64,000 nucleotides of DNA from assembly GCF_040938485.1 (NCBI RefSeq), contig NW_027270902.1, forward strand, positions 682,001-746,000. Reading direction: 5' to 3'. The notes below the pieces were generated by a model. The model saw only the letters and a program-made list of their open reading frames with translations, was not told where the DNA came from and searched no databases. Source of the stretch: Diadema antillarum. Its lineage: Eukaryota. Positions within the stretch are counted from its first letter, which is position 1. Every line of letters begins with the position of its first letter. The position numbers and the translations under genes were made by a program. Shown here in pieces: positions 1-23,600 of this stretch.

Positions 1-170
1 TAGCAAAGCACAGTTCTGCTACATGAGGCATTTGACATGCACCAATTCAAAATTGTTGAAATGGTGTCATTCAGTGAACAAATAACATAAATAGACATAC
101 ACAGAGAGAATGTCTAACCTTGCTTTATCTACTTTCCAGGCCAATATCCGGAGGCACCATTAAATACAGG

Positions 171-369
171 TACTGTAAAAGTGGATATTTTCGCGTGACT
201 AATTTTTCGCGCCTGGCCGAGTAAGAAGAGTTTCGCTTGTTTTTTAATTCCGCGGAATCAAGACATCACACACACAGGAACATATGGCTAGCAGAAATAT
301 TTGCGTGCTTTTATTTTCGCGATAGTTTCTTGTTGCGCGAAATGCGCAAAAATTTCCACTTTTACAGTA
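171..369. mobile_element. TA-flanked MITE of the TACTGTA...TACAGTA family
   Basis: TIR CTGTAAAAGTGGA...TCCACTTTTACAG flanked by TA. Relatives at 27233-27443 and 28578-28742. Confidence 0.8.
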
Positions 370-821
370 GCCCACGTTTGTAGGGGAACAATAATGTTTG
401 CACCTTTACTTTGTACCAAAATGCATGCAAAATGAAAACTCATTTTTGTACCGGACGGCCTACCTGCAATTTCACATATGTGAGAGTGGCTACACTTTCA
501 ATATGCTTGGGGGGGGGGGGGGCATTTCATGAAGCATTTTGTCCGACAAAATTGTCGGACAAATTTGCTCTCAGCTAATCAGATGCAAGGATTTCACTAG
601 CTTGTAACAGTTCGTCAGAAAAATATCCGACCAAAACGCTCCATGAAATGCCCCTCTGGCATCATTCATCAAAGGTATCTGAATGATAACATCAATGATA
701 ACAAACTATGAACTATGAACATTGACAAAGGATACACATACACTCATCACTAGTTAATTATCAGAAGCATTTGAGTACCCTTTCATCATTCTCTAAGAAC
801 AACATAAAACTGCACTGAGCA

Positions 822-1124
822 CAGAGACTCCAACCCCAAGCACCTTCTGATCTGGAGATTATCCCGCCTGAAACCCCTAGCAAACGGGAGACTCCAAGTT
901 GATGTGTGCGAAGCGCGAAGTTTCTAGGGTTCTAGATGCTCTCTGGTGCTATCTAAGGCTTATTTTTTCAACATACAATAGCAATAAGTGAGAAATCCTT
1001 TCCAACGGGAGACGCAGAGCCAGGGCGGGAGAAATTAAATCTCAAGCGGGAGAACGGGAGATTTTGCAAAAATGGGTTTTCGGCGGGAGATCTCCCGTCG
1101 AAAATGGGAGGGTTGGAGTCTCTG
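822..1124 (+). mobile_element. 303-bp MITE with TIR CAGAGACTCCAAC and 6-bp TSD TGAGCA
   Basis: TIRs at both ends. TGAGCA at 816-821 and 1125-1130. Second copy at 18278-18580. Confidence 0.9.
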
Positions 1125-1218
1125 TGAGCATGAAGTGCCAAAGTTGTCAAGTTGAGATATAATTTTTTTTTTAATGATGTGCTTAGAAACACCCGTATTA
1201 AGCACTATACGAATGTTG

Positions 1219-1224
1219 TTTATT
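1219..1224 (-). terminator. Candidate polyadenylation signal of PSMC2 (AATAAA on minus strand)
   Basis: TTTATT at 1219-1224, about 90 nt downstream of the PSMC2 stop codon. Confidence 0.5.
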
Positions 1225-1314
1225 ACTACACGTATTATCATCATTACTATGATTGGACTAGAAAGTAGTGAAGCAAGGTCTCCTCATAGGATATTAGGGA
1301 GTGGGGCGGAGGCC

Positions 1315-14135
<12,821 letters not shown>

Positions 14136-15235
14136 TTTGCTTATTTGCGTAACGTCGTAATTTAGACCTAAATTCTGTCTTAGAAAGTCTGGACCAACCA
14201 GTTTAGATGCAACAACAAGGTTGTCTACTAGTGGGACTGATGGAAAAGTTACATGAATCAACATATTCTCCAAAATGAAATGGATAAGAATTGTCCTTTT
14301 TTTTTGTTATTTCAATTTTTAAAAAATATAGTATTTTCAATATAATAAATTATTTATAACTGTATATATTTTTAAATGCTGTTCATGATATCATTTCATA
14401 GATATTTATTACTTCTGTTATTTGTGAAATGTGAACAAATTGGCACAGTTGCTAGCCTGTACGTTCATTCGTTTTCTAAAGATATATCTTTCTAATCATT
14501 ACACTGACGAGCATCTTAATTTTGGAGAGTTTTTGACAAAATAAATGGAAATCATTACTTGGCACTATCACAGAAATTTGTAATAGATAAATCTACGAAC
14601 TTTGTCTCACGAAAGAATTGAAATAATGTAAGATGGATGTACCAGAGAATGCACATAACAGGTCTGAACTACAGTTGAGCTCTCTATCAACGGAGATGAG
14701 GTACAGAAGACTACCGATTTTGCTAGATAGCGCATTCTGCTTGTGAGATTCTCCTCACACTATCACAATCTCGCGCAGATAGCTAGCTGCACCAGTGGTG
14801 CAGTGAATGTGTAGCGTAGTGTGAATCTTATCTTGCAAGCAGATCGAGGAAAACTGGAAACTAGAGGAACAGCGCTAGTGATATGCCCTTGCGATTCGAG
14901 TTTTAGTCTTTTAGCTAGCTAGGCAATTGCCATCATCGAGTATTTCTTTCAAAAAGAAGGCAGAAAGAACGACCCTCGTTGAATGCGATACGATACGACG
15001 ATACGCCTCACGAAAAGCAGGACCAGCGGAGTGGAGCGAGCGACGCAACGACGAACTCCTCCAGACTCCAGGCAGCTGCACCGGTGCGCTGCGCTGCGAC
15101 CTGGACCTGGCCGGCCCGTTTTCCAGCATTTACAAGGCAGTGTACAACAATATGAATTTCGAACAAAGAGAAATTAAGGCGGCTTCAAACTGATCTGGGG
15201 CCCTTTGACAGTGTGAAAGTAGCAGTGGATTCATG
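14136..15235. promoter_or_regulatory. Probable bidirectional promoter and putative non-coding first exon of RNF207
   Basis: Head-to-head arrangement of PSMC2 and RNF207. A CpG-richer segment at about 14880-15235 ends in a strong donor ATG|gtaagt at 15235/15236. The transcription start sites are inferred, not observed. Confidence 0.45.
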
Positions 15236-15807
15236 GTAAGTTGCTCAGACTCAGTAAATTATTGCAATTTTAGTGGTCAACATCTGGCATCTGCCTGGGA
15301 TTGCATGTGCAGACTTAACCGCAGCAGCGACCCCATACGGACAAATACGTACTGTGTTACAGCGCCCCGCGACGGGGTTAGTGCAGACTGTGTGGTCGAC
15401 CGGTCGGTAATGCCGTTATTTCTTGTAGAAAATACTCACACCATGCACCACTAACATCTAGATCATAGAGAACTGGTATTTTCAAATGTTGCACAAAGAA
15501 AATGCTCAAAGTTTATTCATTTATTGAAATTTGAGCAAATGAAAAGTTAAGTAGAAAACCCTAGCTAGCTAGTCTACTCTTGCAGTAACAAGCAGTTAGA
15601 CCGAAAGATCGGTCTGTATCTGTCCGTCAGGGAATGTTCCGCGGAGACTGTGTCTGGCTTCACGGATCCCCTCCGTATACAGACCGAAGTCAATGATTGC
15701 GGCTCCTGTGTGGAGCAGTCGCGCACAGATCAAACTTTACGGTAAACCAAATTTCAGACAGCTTTTTACATTCAAACAAGTTTGACATGACATGACACAT
15801 GTCATTA

Positions 15808-16653
15808 TCAGTTCGGGAAACCCACTCACAAGGGGGGCCCCTCCTTATAAGTAACCCGTCCCCCTTATAAGTAACCCCGTCCCCCTTATAAGTAACCCCC
15901 GGGGCACCCCTTATAAGGAGTCTCCACGCTTTTTTGCAATGCAACGCGAAAATGAAAGGACTGCGGCAATTCGCTTGATTATGTCCATAAAGCTTCACAA
16001 GTTTCCTAGTTACTCACGAAATTTGAGCAAAATCGGTTTGAGGCATCATACGCAGCTCAGCGCAGCTCACTGAACAACTTGCTGAATGCGGGAGCTGTTG
16101 GAAATTTCAAGCTTCATCGGCGAAACTTGCAAGTTTCAACTTAAAATTTTTGTTTAGGGACGACTTCAACTGGACAACCCTATGGGAACGTATCCTTTTG
16201 TATATATGCATACCAATTGCAAAGGTAGGTGGTTGACTATTTCGTTACTTTTGTTATTTTTCCTTCATTTAAAGCCACCTGAATGAACGAAAGTCTCCGT
16301 ACTCAGTCGCCACGTCTGCACTCAAGCATTGCCGCGCCGCCGCGCCTGGCGACACTCACGCCAGTAATCGCTCGCATTTCAGCATTCGCATGGGTCGTTT
16401 GACATCGCATTTAAATCCATGATTTTAGATTTTAGATGCCTCAAACCGATTTTGCTCAAATTTCGTGAGTAACTAGGAAACTTGTGAAGCTTTATGGACA
16501 TAATCAAGCGAATTGCCGCAGTCCTTTCATTTTCGCGTTGCATTGCAAAAAAGCATGGAGACTCCTTATAAGGGGTGCCCCGGGGGTTACTTATAAGGGG
16601 GACGGGTTACTTATAAGGAGGGGCCCCCCTTGTGAGTGGGTTTCCCGAACTGT
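15808..16653. mobile_element. 846-bp foldback DNA transposon with TIRs of about 240 bp, TA-flanked
   Basis: TA|TCAGTTCGGGAAACCCACTCA...TGAGTGGGTTTCCCGAACTGT|TA. Arms at about 15808-16048 and 16433-16653, with internal CTTATAAG repeats. Confidence 0.92.
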
Positions 16654-16769
16654 TATGCAGCAATATTTGGGATAAATTTCTCACATTGTGCAATCGAAAT
16701 ACTCACATAAACTCAGTTATAATGCAGAAATTTTATCGATATCGTAACATCGCCGTTCGCAAGCAGTAA

Positions 16770-16968
16770 GTCGCCATTTTGAATCTGTAAGCCAATCACA
16801 TGCGAGGTACGTGTTTTAGTAAAACAAACACGTAGAAACTACAAATACCTCGCATGTGATTGGCTAATAGATTCATAGTGTATGTTTCTGCAGTTTGAAC
16901 GTGACGACGCGACAGGCTGTGTTTTACGTTGAAAATTCTACTAAAATGTTGGATTATTCATTAATCTG
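16770..16968 (+). promoter_or_regulatory. Possible alternative RNF207 promoter or leader exon
   Basis: YY1-like CGCCATTTT at about 16772, two facing CCAAT boxes inside an inverted repeat, and donor CTG|gtgagt at 16968/16969. Confidence 0.3.
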
Positions 16969-17630
16969 GTGAGTTTAATGTTTTCTTAAAAAGCTAATTT
17001 CACTATACAAGCTTAAATTTGCCGACCTAGGGCAGTGAATTAGACGCAATTGAGAAGGGTGAGGTACCTCACCCAATTTTCCATAGAGACAGTGGTTAAG
17101 AGCATCCACACAGCAATGGGTACTGATACCTTCCGTCTGTCTACGGAGGACAGCGTTAATGGCAAAATATAAAAGAGTCCTCCGGACAGACGGATCTTTC
17201 TGTCTACTCTTGCAGTAGCCCGACCAGACGCTGTTACTACGCTATGCGACGTACAGTGTTGTACCATGTACAGCGACTGGGCTGTGTATAGTTACTCTTG
17301 CGGTTGTTTTGTTACATGTATGCACGTCCAGCAAATTCAGATCACATTCTATGCAGGATACTTTAATTTTCTTCGCATACAATTCATTGCAAAGTCTGAG
17401 ACAAGCGAGAATGACTTGTGCAGGTCTAGCATCTAGTCAGTTATTGAAAACTTCATCTACTGTATTTCCATGAATTTAAAACAGCCCTGCATCTATCTTA
17501 GTCATTGATTTAAATAGTGGGCCCATCCATGCACATATTTATCAACTACCAATTAAATTTGTGTTTATTAAACAAACAGCCAACCTGCTACCCGGGATAG
17601 GATGCTATGTGCGACCCATTCTGCCCCACC

Positions 17631-20600
17631 ATGTCGGGAGAGATTTTCCAGCCGCTGGAGACCTTGGAGGACCAGGTGGAGGCAGGGCGTGGCCCACTGA
17701 TCTGCCGTCTCTGCACCCAGGAGTACGAGGACCCCCGCATCCTCAACTGCTACCACGCCTTCTGCGGAAACTGCCTTCGGGGGAGGGCAGTTGATGGGTT
17801 CATGACGTGCCCTCTTTGTGGGTGAGTTCACACTTTTAATCAAATAGTTTAGTAAACCCTGGTGAGCACAAGGGCAACCCTTTGGTTTTACTTTTGTAGG
17901 TGATTGTATTGGTACTCACAGAGTAATAGATGACTGGAATTCTCTGACTGAATGTAGTGGAAGCTCCGTCTATCAATGCTTTCAAGAGTAGGCTTGATCA
18001 GCACTGGAAAGACAAATGATTCTTGTCCCTCTATTCCCAACAGACAACTCTGATCTCTGATGAGCAGTAATTACAATGTACAAACAGCCTGTCTGCCTTG
18101 CCTTCTTTTGAACTGGACAAGAAACCACCCACCAATAAGTGGGCTGATGATAGAGACTAATCGGAAGAGGATAGACCTGGAAGCCTGACTGCTACTATGC
18201 AGTCAGGCTTCCTTGGTAAAGCTGAAGGAAAGTAGTAACATCACTGATTAAGATTTTGGTAGTGGGTGGTGTTGATGCAGAGACTCCAACTCTCCCGTTT
18301 TCGACGGGAGATCTCCCGCCGAAAACCCATTTTTGCAAAATCTCCCGTTCTCCCGCTTGAGATTTAATTTCTCCCGCCCTGGTTCTGTGTCTCCCGTTGG
18401 AAAGGATTTCTTACTTATTGCTATTGTATGTTGAAAAAATAAGCCTTAGATAGCACCAGGAAGCATGTAGAACCCTAGGAACTTTGCGCTTCGCACACAT
18501 CAACTTGGAGTCTCCCGTTTGCTAGGGGTTTCAGGCGGGAGAATCTCGAGATCAGAAGGTGCTTTGGGTTGGAGTCTCTGTTGATGTTGGAAGTGGAATT
18601 TAGAATGATAGATTATGGTGATGTTGGCATGACTAGTATTGCAGTATCTTTAAGGATTGTAGTGTTGCTGTAACTAATTAGTGGTGTTGGTGGTGATGTT
18701 AATGGTGTTTGTGATGTTGATGGTGTTAGTGGTGAAATTGGTGACAAAAGGTAGTGATGTTGGCAGTGGCAGCGGTGTTAGTGTTGGTTACAGTACTAGT
18801 GGAGTAGTTGCCATCTGATTGTGGTCATGGCCGTGGTGGTATGTTCTTTGTCATGGATGTTAAGCGGACAAATCATTGTGATCGTAATGTTGGACAGGTG
18901 TAATTAAGTAGTGGTGTTGGTGGTGATGTTGATGGTATTGGTGATGATGTTTGTGATGTTGATGGTGTGAGTGGTGGAATTTAAATTGGTGACAAAGGTA
19001 GTGATGTTGGCAGTGGCAGCGGTGTTAGTGTTTGTTACAGTAGTGGAGTAGTTGCCATCTGATTGTGGTCATGGCTGTAGTGGTATATTCTTTTCCATGG
19101 CTGGTGATTTCAATATTAAATCATATGTTTCTTTCCAGTAATCTCCTCTCCTTTTCTCTTTGTGCCCCCTTACAGCACCAAAAGTTTCCTGACCTCGGGA
19201 TCCCCTTTGCCACCTTTGGACCCTGTCCTTACCTTCCTCCTCAAGTCATCTGAACAAGAGAGGGCAGTATGTGCCAATTGTGATAGTGTGAGTATCCAAG
19301 TGCACTGTATGTGTGTGCATATGTTCAGTCACTGATTCAATTCATGTACACATAGACTGTGTAAGCTTCGTCTAAGCAACCCATAAAAATACAAAATCAC
19401 AATTTGTCATCAGGAACATACAAAGTGTCCAAATATCAGGGATTGAAATGCTATACAGGGAGGTTATAAAATTATCAACATTGTCCTGTGACATAAACAG
19501 TATTTTCAAACTCTTCAGATGGACATTCTTAATGCTTCCTCCCCCACAATCCTTCACCTACAGATAACAGAGAGCTACAGACATACAATAATTAATTACA
19601 TACATGACTGCTTGCTTGGGGCAACGCACTATTGGGCAATTGAAATAAATAGGTAGTTTTCTGTTGAGTACACAGAGCACTTTGCATGTTATTGTTCATT
19701 CAGGCAAATATGGGAGGTTTGGGAAATATAGATAAATAATTTATATATCTTCTTTAATTCAGACATCAAAAGCCAGTGGGCCAGATGATATCTCCTCGAG
19801 TCATTAAAGATTGTATTCAGTATATTGCTGATCCATTATGTAACATTTTTAATATGTCATTGAGCACTGGTGTTGTGCCAAATGAATTCAAACTTGCCAA
19901 AATAGTTCCTTTGTTTAAAAAAGATAATCCACAGAATATTGAAAATTATAGACCTGTTGCTCTTCTTTCTATTTTTGCTAAACTTCTAGAAAGACTTATG
20001 TATGATAGGCTTTATGATTATCTTACCAAGGAAAATATTTTAATTCCCGAACAGTTTGGTTTTCGGAAAAATCATTCCACCTCATTGAATTTGATGTATT
20101 TTACTGATTATATTTTACAAGAAATTGATAAAGGTAATATTTGTTGTGGAGTGTTTATGGATCTCTCAAAAGCTTTCGACACCATCAACCACCATATCCT
20201 TTTAACAAAGCTATGTTCATATGGAATAAGGGGTTTACCCCTACAATGGTTTTCTAATTACTTGTTGAATAGAAAACAATATGTGGTGGTTGATGGTGTC
20301 GAATCCATGCAAGGAGAGGTAAACATCGGTGTGCCTCAGGGCTCTGTGCTGGGGCCACTGTTATTTTTAGTATATGTTAATGATATTGTAAATTGTTCAG
20401 AAATATTGAAATTTTCTCTTTTTGCTGATGACACTGTAGTATCATATTCTCACAGAAATGTAAACACACATTTATATTTACCCTGAATAATGAATTACAA
20501 ATGTTGAATGAATGGTTTTGAATGTAATAAGTTATTTTTGAATTTTACAAAAACAAAATATGTTTTATTTCATTCTAAGAGAAAGAAAATTTTTGTAAAG

Positions 20601-23600
20601 TCTGATTTGATTAAGATTGAAAATGTAATTATTGAAAGAACTCAAATTATAAATTTTCTTGGTATTTTCATTCATGAATCTCTTGAGTGGAAGCACCACT
20701 TAGAAAACATATCTTCGAGAATATCAAAATGTGTTGGGGTGTTATCTAAATTGGTAGATTTTGTGCCTAGAAAATTTTTATTTTATATATACAATGCAAT
20801 GATAATATTACCACATTTTAATTATTGTAATGAAATATGGGGTAAGACTTATAAAACTCATGTTGAGAAAGTATATATTTTACAAAAGCGTGCGATAAGA
20901 TTGATTTCTAAGAGCAATTCTCGCAGCTCAAGTTTACCAATCTTTGTCAATTTAAAAATTCTACCCATTCATGAACTTGTTTGATTTAATATATTAGTGT
21001 TTATGTTTAAGTATCATAAAGGTATTCTCCCAATTTTGTTTCATGATATGTTTAAATGTTATTTGTGTTTTCATGATTATTCTACTCGGGAAAGATATAG
21101 CCTGAGAATGCCATTAGCCCGTTTAACTGTTAGAACCCATTCAATTCGTTTTACAGGTGTAAATGAATGGAATTCAATTAGTCCAGATCTCAAGTCCAGC
21201 ACTACACTTTCTTGCTTCAGAACATTATTCAAACAACATACTTTTAAGAAACTGTTATCCATGTCTTAGTAGACTGCTTGCTACCAAATTTCTTCTACTC
21301 TTCACTTCCTTGATCCTGACATTGCTACTGAATGAGTGTGTTGCGTGTGCACTGTGTGTATGATGAGAATGTGGTGTGTGTGTGCATAGTGTAGGGCTGA
21401 TAAGTTTTTTTTTTGTGTGTGTGTATTTTTTGTTTTCATTTTCATTTTTGCACAATATGCTATAATTGTATTTTGTATAATTTTGTTTTGGGCCCCAACA
21501 ACAAGCACCAGATGCTTCAAAGGGGTCCCAGCATTAATTTCCATAATATGTGCATGTATGTTTATACACATTGCTTTTGTTTTTATTGTGTACATAATGT
21601 ACATATGTACTTTTGATTTATTTTGTGCCGAATAAATTGAATTGAATTCAATTGAATTTATATGTTGAGATTTCACATATTGGGTCCATGAAGATATTGA
21701 AGAAACAAATCTGAAGAAGGCGTGGGATGCCGAAAATTTGAGTTGACTAAACTCATGCTTTAATGGCCAAAAATGCATAACCAGTTTGTTTCTTCATTTC
21801 TTTTATGAATTTCTATATCTATATTTATATTTATATCTATATCTATAATACAATTTACAGATATACATAGACTGCTCTTAGGGGCAGTGTTGATATTATT
21901 GCACCAAGGGATATCAACTCCATGTTATGACCCATATAAAAGCAATCCATCTGTTTCATACACCAAATAAAATTAAAATGAAATTGAATGCAGTTATGCT
22001 TGGCTGATCTTGATTGCGCATGACAATTCACACATCTGCTCTGCCATAAACGTTTGCAGGACAAAGGGGCACATACTTCTTGCGGTTTGGAACCCAGGCA
22101 TTTATAGTGCATACAATGTACACACCCTGCATGTACATACAACTGTGTACCTACATATCACTAAGAACTGAAAGAAGGCAGACTATTACTATGAGGCAAT
22201 TTAGTACTAAGGGCAGTTTATGTACTATAGGGCTGAAGGCAATTATTGAATTTATGCCCTCATTTTCAACCAATCAGAATCGAGGATTCATCAAATGGGG
22301 TGTAATGCGGTTCCATGACATCTGCTCCTGCGATATTTGCTCCCATGAAATATCTGCACACTAAGCCAAACAAATTCTACCCTCAAACATGGACCCTAAT
22401 TCTAATCCTCACATCAAACTAAATCTAGAACCCTATCCCAACTCCAACCCCAAGTCCTTGGAGAAAATAAGACCAGAGCAATTGTTGCAGGAGCAAATAT
22501 CATGTCGCCATATAATGCACTTTGGATCCCCTCACCACCCCAAACTGTGCTTGATGGAGACCTATGGAATATCCTTGACACCAGTCAGTGTGTACTTGTG
22601 TCTTCTGTGTCCTACACCTGTACACAGGTGCAGAGTTCAATGTTCTTCTGCAACACCTGCCGCCAGGCCCTGTGTGAGGTGTGCAAGGAGGAGACCCACA
22701 GAGCCAAAATGTTCTCCTCCCACCAGATGGTAGCCCTCAAGAGACGGACAAACGACCAGCACAGGAAGTGTGGTAAGGGGTCTCAAGAAAGTACTCTGAC
22801 TCAGGTTGGAATCATTGTTTTGTGCTGACTGTGGGATGACAGATGGTTTTCAATATTTGTGCTTTGTTGTATTTCTTGGTAGTTGAAATTTGATGGATGA
22901 ATAGAGAGAGTCAACTCTAATTCTTTTGTCATGTTGACTATTAACACTTGCTTTACCCGTTGAGGACGAGTCCCGAGTATACACGGGCGAGTGTCTATGG
23001 GAAATGTGTGTTGTAGCAAAATCAGCCCATCCTCAACAGGTTAAACAACACTTTGAAAACATGGTTAATGTCATGTGCATTGAAAAGTGCTAACACCATG
23101 TGAATGTGTGTGATAAATACTTTATTTTTTCCCAGATATTTTATACAATGTATTGCAAATATGATTTGGTTGTTTCTTTTCCTTGGTTTAGCATGACAAT
23201 GAAGTAAAAGTATTTAAATATATAATAGTGGACTTACAGTACTCTCTCAGAGCTGTATGTTCTTCAAGGGTGTTTCATGCTTTTGCAGGGTAAATCATAC
23301 TGTATGGTGATGATGATTGTCTATTTATATTCTATATGTATGGAAAGCTGTATACAGTGTCTTTCTACCATGGCATAGTGCTCAAAGTCATTTACAATGT
23401 ATTACCTCTGTCACTGGATTCAACCCCATACCTGTAGTGCACTCAGCCCACTTCTTAGAGAGCATCCCAGCCTGCCACCTTTGAGCATTAGGTGCCAAAT
23501 CTACTAGCCAGTAGTGCATCAGCCAACAAACTGCAGGAATTCAAAGTTATATCCCACATTGCCTGGTGGCAGCCTGATGGATCTATTCATCATAAGTATT

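Noticed and set aside
14136-14264. In-frame upstream ATG that would extend PSMC2 by 43 aa
   Set aside because: Homology starts at MPD (14135). The upstream sequence is probably promoter or UTR and has no support without TSS data.
14136-14900. Nrf1/CNC antioxidant-response element expected in proteasome gene promoters
   Set aside because: No exact TGA[C/G]nnnGC match was found by eye (TGACGAGCA at about 14506 does not fit).
15840-15915. Short repeats of about 22 bp (CCCTTATAAGTAACC) that superficially resemble a CRISPR array
   Set aside because: No unique spacers, eukaryotic context, and they are subterminal repeats of a foldback TIR.
15690-16675. Pairs of near-identical ORFs on opposite strands (MKLYGHNQ...; also MRTSPRLMRPP... 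at 12562 and 13450, and MLLLWWFTS... at 24090 and 29338)
   Set aside because: By-products of inverted repeats with non-ATG or weak starts and no recognisable protein.
22628-22633. Tandem in-frame acceptors in RNF207 (22627 vs 22633; 31342 vs 31351)
   Set aside because: Common, would change only 2-3 residues, and there is no evidence of use.
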